DNA of 52,991 nt, the filler included, from Bilabrum cf. latius (Eukaryota): the NCBI GenBank assembly GCA_965178125.1. It is 2 parts of 2 records of this genome, joined end to end, with 100 filler letters (N's around TTAATTAATTAA, not from the genome) between each part and the next. Parts side by side here need not be neighbours in the genome. Positions count along the whole stretch, not along the records: positions 26,569 to 52,991 come from CBCXTV010000034.1; 1 more part is not named here. One strand, 5' to 3'. Below the pieces are notes generated by a model. It made no database searches. It saw nothing but the letters and a program-made list of their open reading frames with translations, and was not told the DNA's origin. Each line of letters opens with the position of its first letter. The first letter of the stretch is position 1. Positions 50,461 to 52,991 of the stretch are shown piece after piece. The position numbers and the translations under genes are program-made.

Positions 50461-51003
50461 CGGCGATGTCATTATTCCGCTGTTGGCCGCCCAGGTGCAG
50501 CCGTTCGCCGTCGTCGGCGGGCACACCTTTTGCGTAGCGAGGAGGACTACCCAGACACGGAGTTTTACATCGATTGGTGATCGGTGGGATGGGGGGCTCT
50601 GCCTGGTGTCGTTGAGCCCAGGCATCCCCGTGCATTGTATAGGCTGAGCCGTATGCTCAGCGTTCTCCCGTGCTTGCGGTGTGCGTGTCCCCTCTTGTCT
50701 TGTGGTGCGCGGCGCAGTCGATCAGGTCTTTTTAGAGGCGAGGGCTTGCCGGCTTGGCGCTCGTCATGGCCGCCCGGGCAGATCGGTGGAAGCAGTCTTT
50801 CCCGCCGACTGTCCGGGCAGGCCGCCTCCCGAAGTGCCCTCGTCTCTCCCCGGGACACTACCCGGACCGGCATTAGTTCTGGCCGCCCGGCTAGCCATGT
50901 GGAGCCTTGATGCCCACCTCTGGCCCGGGCGTGCCGCCGTCTGGAGTAGCTGTTCCCGGGGGCTGCCCGAGACCCCGCAGCGGACTTGCTCGGGGCGGGC
51001 AGC

Positions 51004-51013
51004 GGGGAGGGGA
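51004..51013 (+). promoter_or_regulatory. Polypurine tract (plus-strand primer)
   Basis: GGGGAGGGGA immediately followed by TG, ~550 nt after the last stop codon. Confidence 0.6.
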
Positions 51014-51564
51014 TGACTCCATTCCCCCTCCCCGGGTCGGTCGCGCTCGCGCGTGTGTGGTGTATAGCGCTCGTCTTCGTCGCCTTCTATTTTGATGGAG
51101 GTCGGTAGTCGGGGCACCCTCGTCTTTTTGGCATGCTCTGTGCCTTGCCGTGAGAGTTGGACTCCCACCGCGGGCCAGACGTGCCAACGGGGGGTGTTTC
51201 TCGTTTGCCCCGATAACCGGACAGTATTCCTCCAAGTAGGTTGCACCTAGGACAGTAGCATGCATGCGCATAGCGGATCCGTAGTCCTTTTGGTCTTTTC
51301 GGAAAACAGTGTTCCGCGCATCGCACACTCGCTCGCGCTCGTCGCGTCGTGGGCCCTGTTCCCTGGCCCTTTGCCCGGCTACGGCCGGGCCAGTCCCGGG
51401 GCCCAGGGCACCACGTGCCCCAGGGCTGTGAGACTATCCAAGGGTGGTCCTGGAGGTTTGGGTCCAGGATCCCCTGCCCCGGACCAGAGTGGTCCGGGCT
51501 ACAGTGAGCCCCGGCCCCAGGGTGGCCGGGCACCTACCCATTCGCAGGGGTCTTCCCATTCGCA
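51014..51564 (+). mobile_element. Candidate LTR (551 bp, TG...CA) shared between the two tandem elements
   Basis: Begins TG directly after the PPT and ends CA directly before the PBS. No second LTR copy is in the window to confirm the boundaries. Confidence 0.6.
51278..51293 (+). promoter_or_regulatory. Dinoflagellate spliced-leader-like motif inside the LTR
   Basis: TCCGTAGTCCTTTTGG matches DinoSL DCCGTAGCCATTTTGG(CTCAAG) at 14 of 16 positions, ungapped. Confidence 0.45.
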
Positions 51565-51578
51565 GGTTATCAGCCGTA
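51565..51578 (+). promoter_or_regulatory. Primer-binding site complementary to the anticodon arm of tRNA-Ile (half-tRNA priming)
   Basis: GGTTATCAGCCGTA; its reverse complement UACGG-CU-GAU-AA-CC has anticodon stem-loop architecture. The geometry matches the copia half-tRNAiMet PBS GGTTATGGGCCCAG. It abuts CA and lies 18 nt before the gag ATG. Confidence 0.7.
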
Positions 51579-51596
51579 TAGCCTGTTCCCAGGGCG

Positions 51597-52991
51597 ATGG
51601 AGCCCCGTGGCTCCACTCCGCCCATTCGAGACGGTGAAGAGGCGTCCCTTGACGACCTCACGCTGTCATCCCTCACGCCCCCATCTCCGTTACCGCTCCG
51701 CGAGGGAGCGGAACCCCAGGGCGGTGGGGGCCAAGCCTCTGCAGTCCTTGGGCCCATGGACGGTGTCGTCGTCCCTAGCTGTGGGGGCCAAGCCCCCGCC
51801 GAGCTAGGGCAGGGACGACAGGCCGAGCGCCGCGGGGCGCAGCACTTCCTCATCCATTCGGAGGGTGAGGAAGTCTCCGCAGGAGCCGAGCCGGACCAGG
51901 AGCGGCCCCCTTCCTTGGGTCGTTCCCGATCTCCGTCCGCGATGCCTACGGCGTCCGACCGTTCGTCGCCTGTCAGTCGTCGTTCTCGCGCTGTCGGTCG
52001 TTCATCTCGTTGCAGGTTTCCGGCGGAAAGTAGGGACGCGCGCTCGGGCGGTAGCCGTCCCGACCCCCCCCCCCCCCTCCCCCCCGCCGCCGCCATGGGC
52101 GGCCGTCGTTGCCGTCGACTCCGCGTTCAACGAGACCAAGTGCTACTCGCTCGCCGAGTCAGGCTCCCTTGGATGTTTCTGTGCCGGAACAGCCGCTGAG
52201 CGGATGGGGTTGTGGGAGCCAAGCTTCCGCTTGCCCCCCCGCTCGGTCATCTGCTCTGGACGGAGGCATCCACACAGGTGATGGCGATGGCCAAGTGGTG
52301 ATAGCGACTGATAGTCATGCCCAAAACTTCCTCGAAAAATCCGATGATGATGTAGCGACGGGGTGCGACCTCGAGACGCAGCTCGAGGACATCATGCGGG
52401 AGACGTTCGACGCCGCGAGCGCCGAGCTCGCCGCTCACGGCCCGACTCCGCGTGCGCACAGTGCATCGCGACGCACCTCCCCGAAGGGCATGCCGGTCCG
52501 TGGGTGCCAAGCATCCGCTAGACTGGCTGCCCCGAGGGGAGATGGGCCGCCCGCGCGCAACGTTGCCGAATCGTCGTCGTCATCATTACCGCCGGGCGCA
52601 TTCCCTCATCGGTTATCTCGTCCGGAGAGTTGCGCGGATCCGGCGACTCCGCCGGCCGCGCCGCCGCCGGCGCATGGGCATCTCGAGTACGACGGTAACG
52701 ACAAATCGGTATTTTCCGGAGTAATGAATGTGGATTTCCCGTTCCAGGCTGGCTCAAACCCCGGTGTTGGCCCTGGTGGGGGTCATACCCCCGCAGATGG
52801 TGCCGATACCGGGGGTCACATGGGCCTGCCCCATGGTCCTTTTGACAGTGTGGCTGAGGCGAGCGGGCGCCAAGTGCCCGCATCGCCAAATGGGCACGAC
52901 TCAGCTTCTGATTCTACCATGGGGAACGGGAAAGACTCCGAAGGCAGGAAGCGCGTGAAGATCCATGGGGAGGGGCTGGGGGAGCCGATGC
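51597..52991 (+). mobile_element. gag: 5' gag region of a second, diverged copy of the element (runs off the window)
   Basis: ATG at 51597. 51630-52991 is collinear with 26575-27970, sharing SLDDLTLSSLTPP, RGAQHFLIHSEGEEVSAG.EPDQERPP, CCATGGGGAACGGGA and GGAAGCGCGTGAAGAT. Confidence 0.9.

Larger units (their letters stand above)
26569..51564 (+). mobile_element. Giant (~25 kb) Ty1/copia LTR retrotransposon with DNMT-like and multi-enzyme cargo; 5' LTR not in the window
   Basis: Domains occur in the order gag-PR-IN-RT-RNase H (copia order), followed by a long cargo coding region, PPT and LTR. One hairpin family runs continuously through gag, pol, cargo and LTR, tying them into a single element. 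Confidence 0.88.
26729..52881 (+). repeat. About 50 dispersed 19-nt hairpins (8-bp stem, 3-nt loop), consensus GYGGRNGT-NNG-ACNYCCRC
   Basis: Examples: 26729 GTGGGAGT-CGG-ACTCCCAC; 27145 GTGGAAGT-TGG-ACTTCCAC; 29323 GTGGAGCT-CGG-AGCTCCAC; 31365 GCGGAGGT-GGG-ACCTCCGC; 34211 GCGGGTGT-CAG-ACACCCGC; 36436 GTGGGCGT-TGG-ACGCCCGC; 44764 GCGAGAGT-GGG-ACTCTCGC. Confidence 0.92.

Noticed and set aside
26729-52881. Hairpin family as a CRISPR array or as intrinsic terminators
   Set aside because: Spacing is irregular (tens to thousands of nt), the repeats covary instead of being identical, there are no cas genes or U-tracts, and they lie in frame inside coding sequence.
26569-52991. Long minus-strand ORFs (e.g. 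32366-33259, 42335-43456, 46128-46985)
   Set aside because: These are antisense shadows of GC-rich plus-strand coding sequence with no recognisable motifs.

Overview
The window is two unrelated pieces joined by an artificial 100-nt spacer (N44-TTAATTAATTAA-N44, 26469-26568). The DNA is GC-rich and eukaryotic; the transposon types and a spliced-leader-like motif suggest a dinoflagellate (inference). The left part (1-26468) is repeat-dominated: two blocks of a hierarchical composite repeat, LINE remnants, a 20-bp minisatellite and one hypothetical ORF. The right part (26569-51564) is one giant Ty1/copia LTR retrotransposon of about 25 kb, with gag (coiled coil, CCCH finger), protease, integrase, RT and RNase H in copia order. 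Pol is followed by a cytosine-5 DNA methyltransferase-like domain and about 12.5 kb of further coding sequence carrying PDZ, SGNH-hydrolase-like, Nudix, SLOG (MoCo-carrier/YpsA-like), Tpt1/KptA RNA 2'-phosphotransferase, Zn-ribbon and RS-rich modules. The element ends in a polypurine tract and a candidate 551-bp TG..CA LTR (51014-51564). Directly after the LTR lie a primer-binding site complementary to the anticodon arm of tRNA-Ile (half-tRNA priming) and the gag start of a second, diverged copy. About 50 covarying hairpins (8-bp stem, 3-nt loop) sit in phase with the reading frame along the element, and the second copy uses a different loop sequence at homologous positions. Many single-base frameshifts interrupt the ORFs although catalytic motifs are intact. 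All domain calls are motif recognition by eye; no database search was run, so novelty is unverified.
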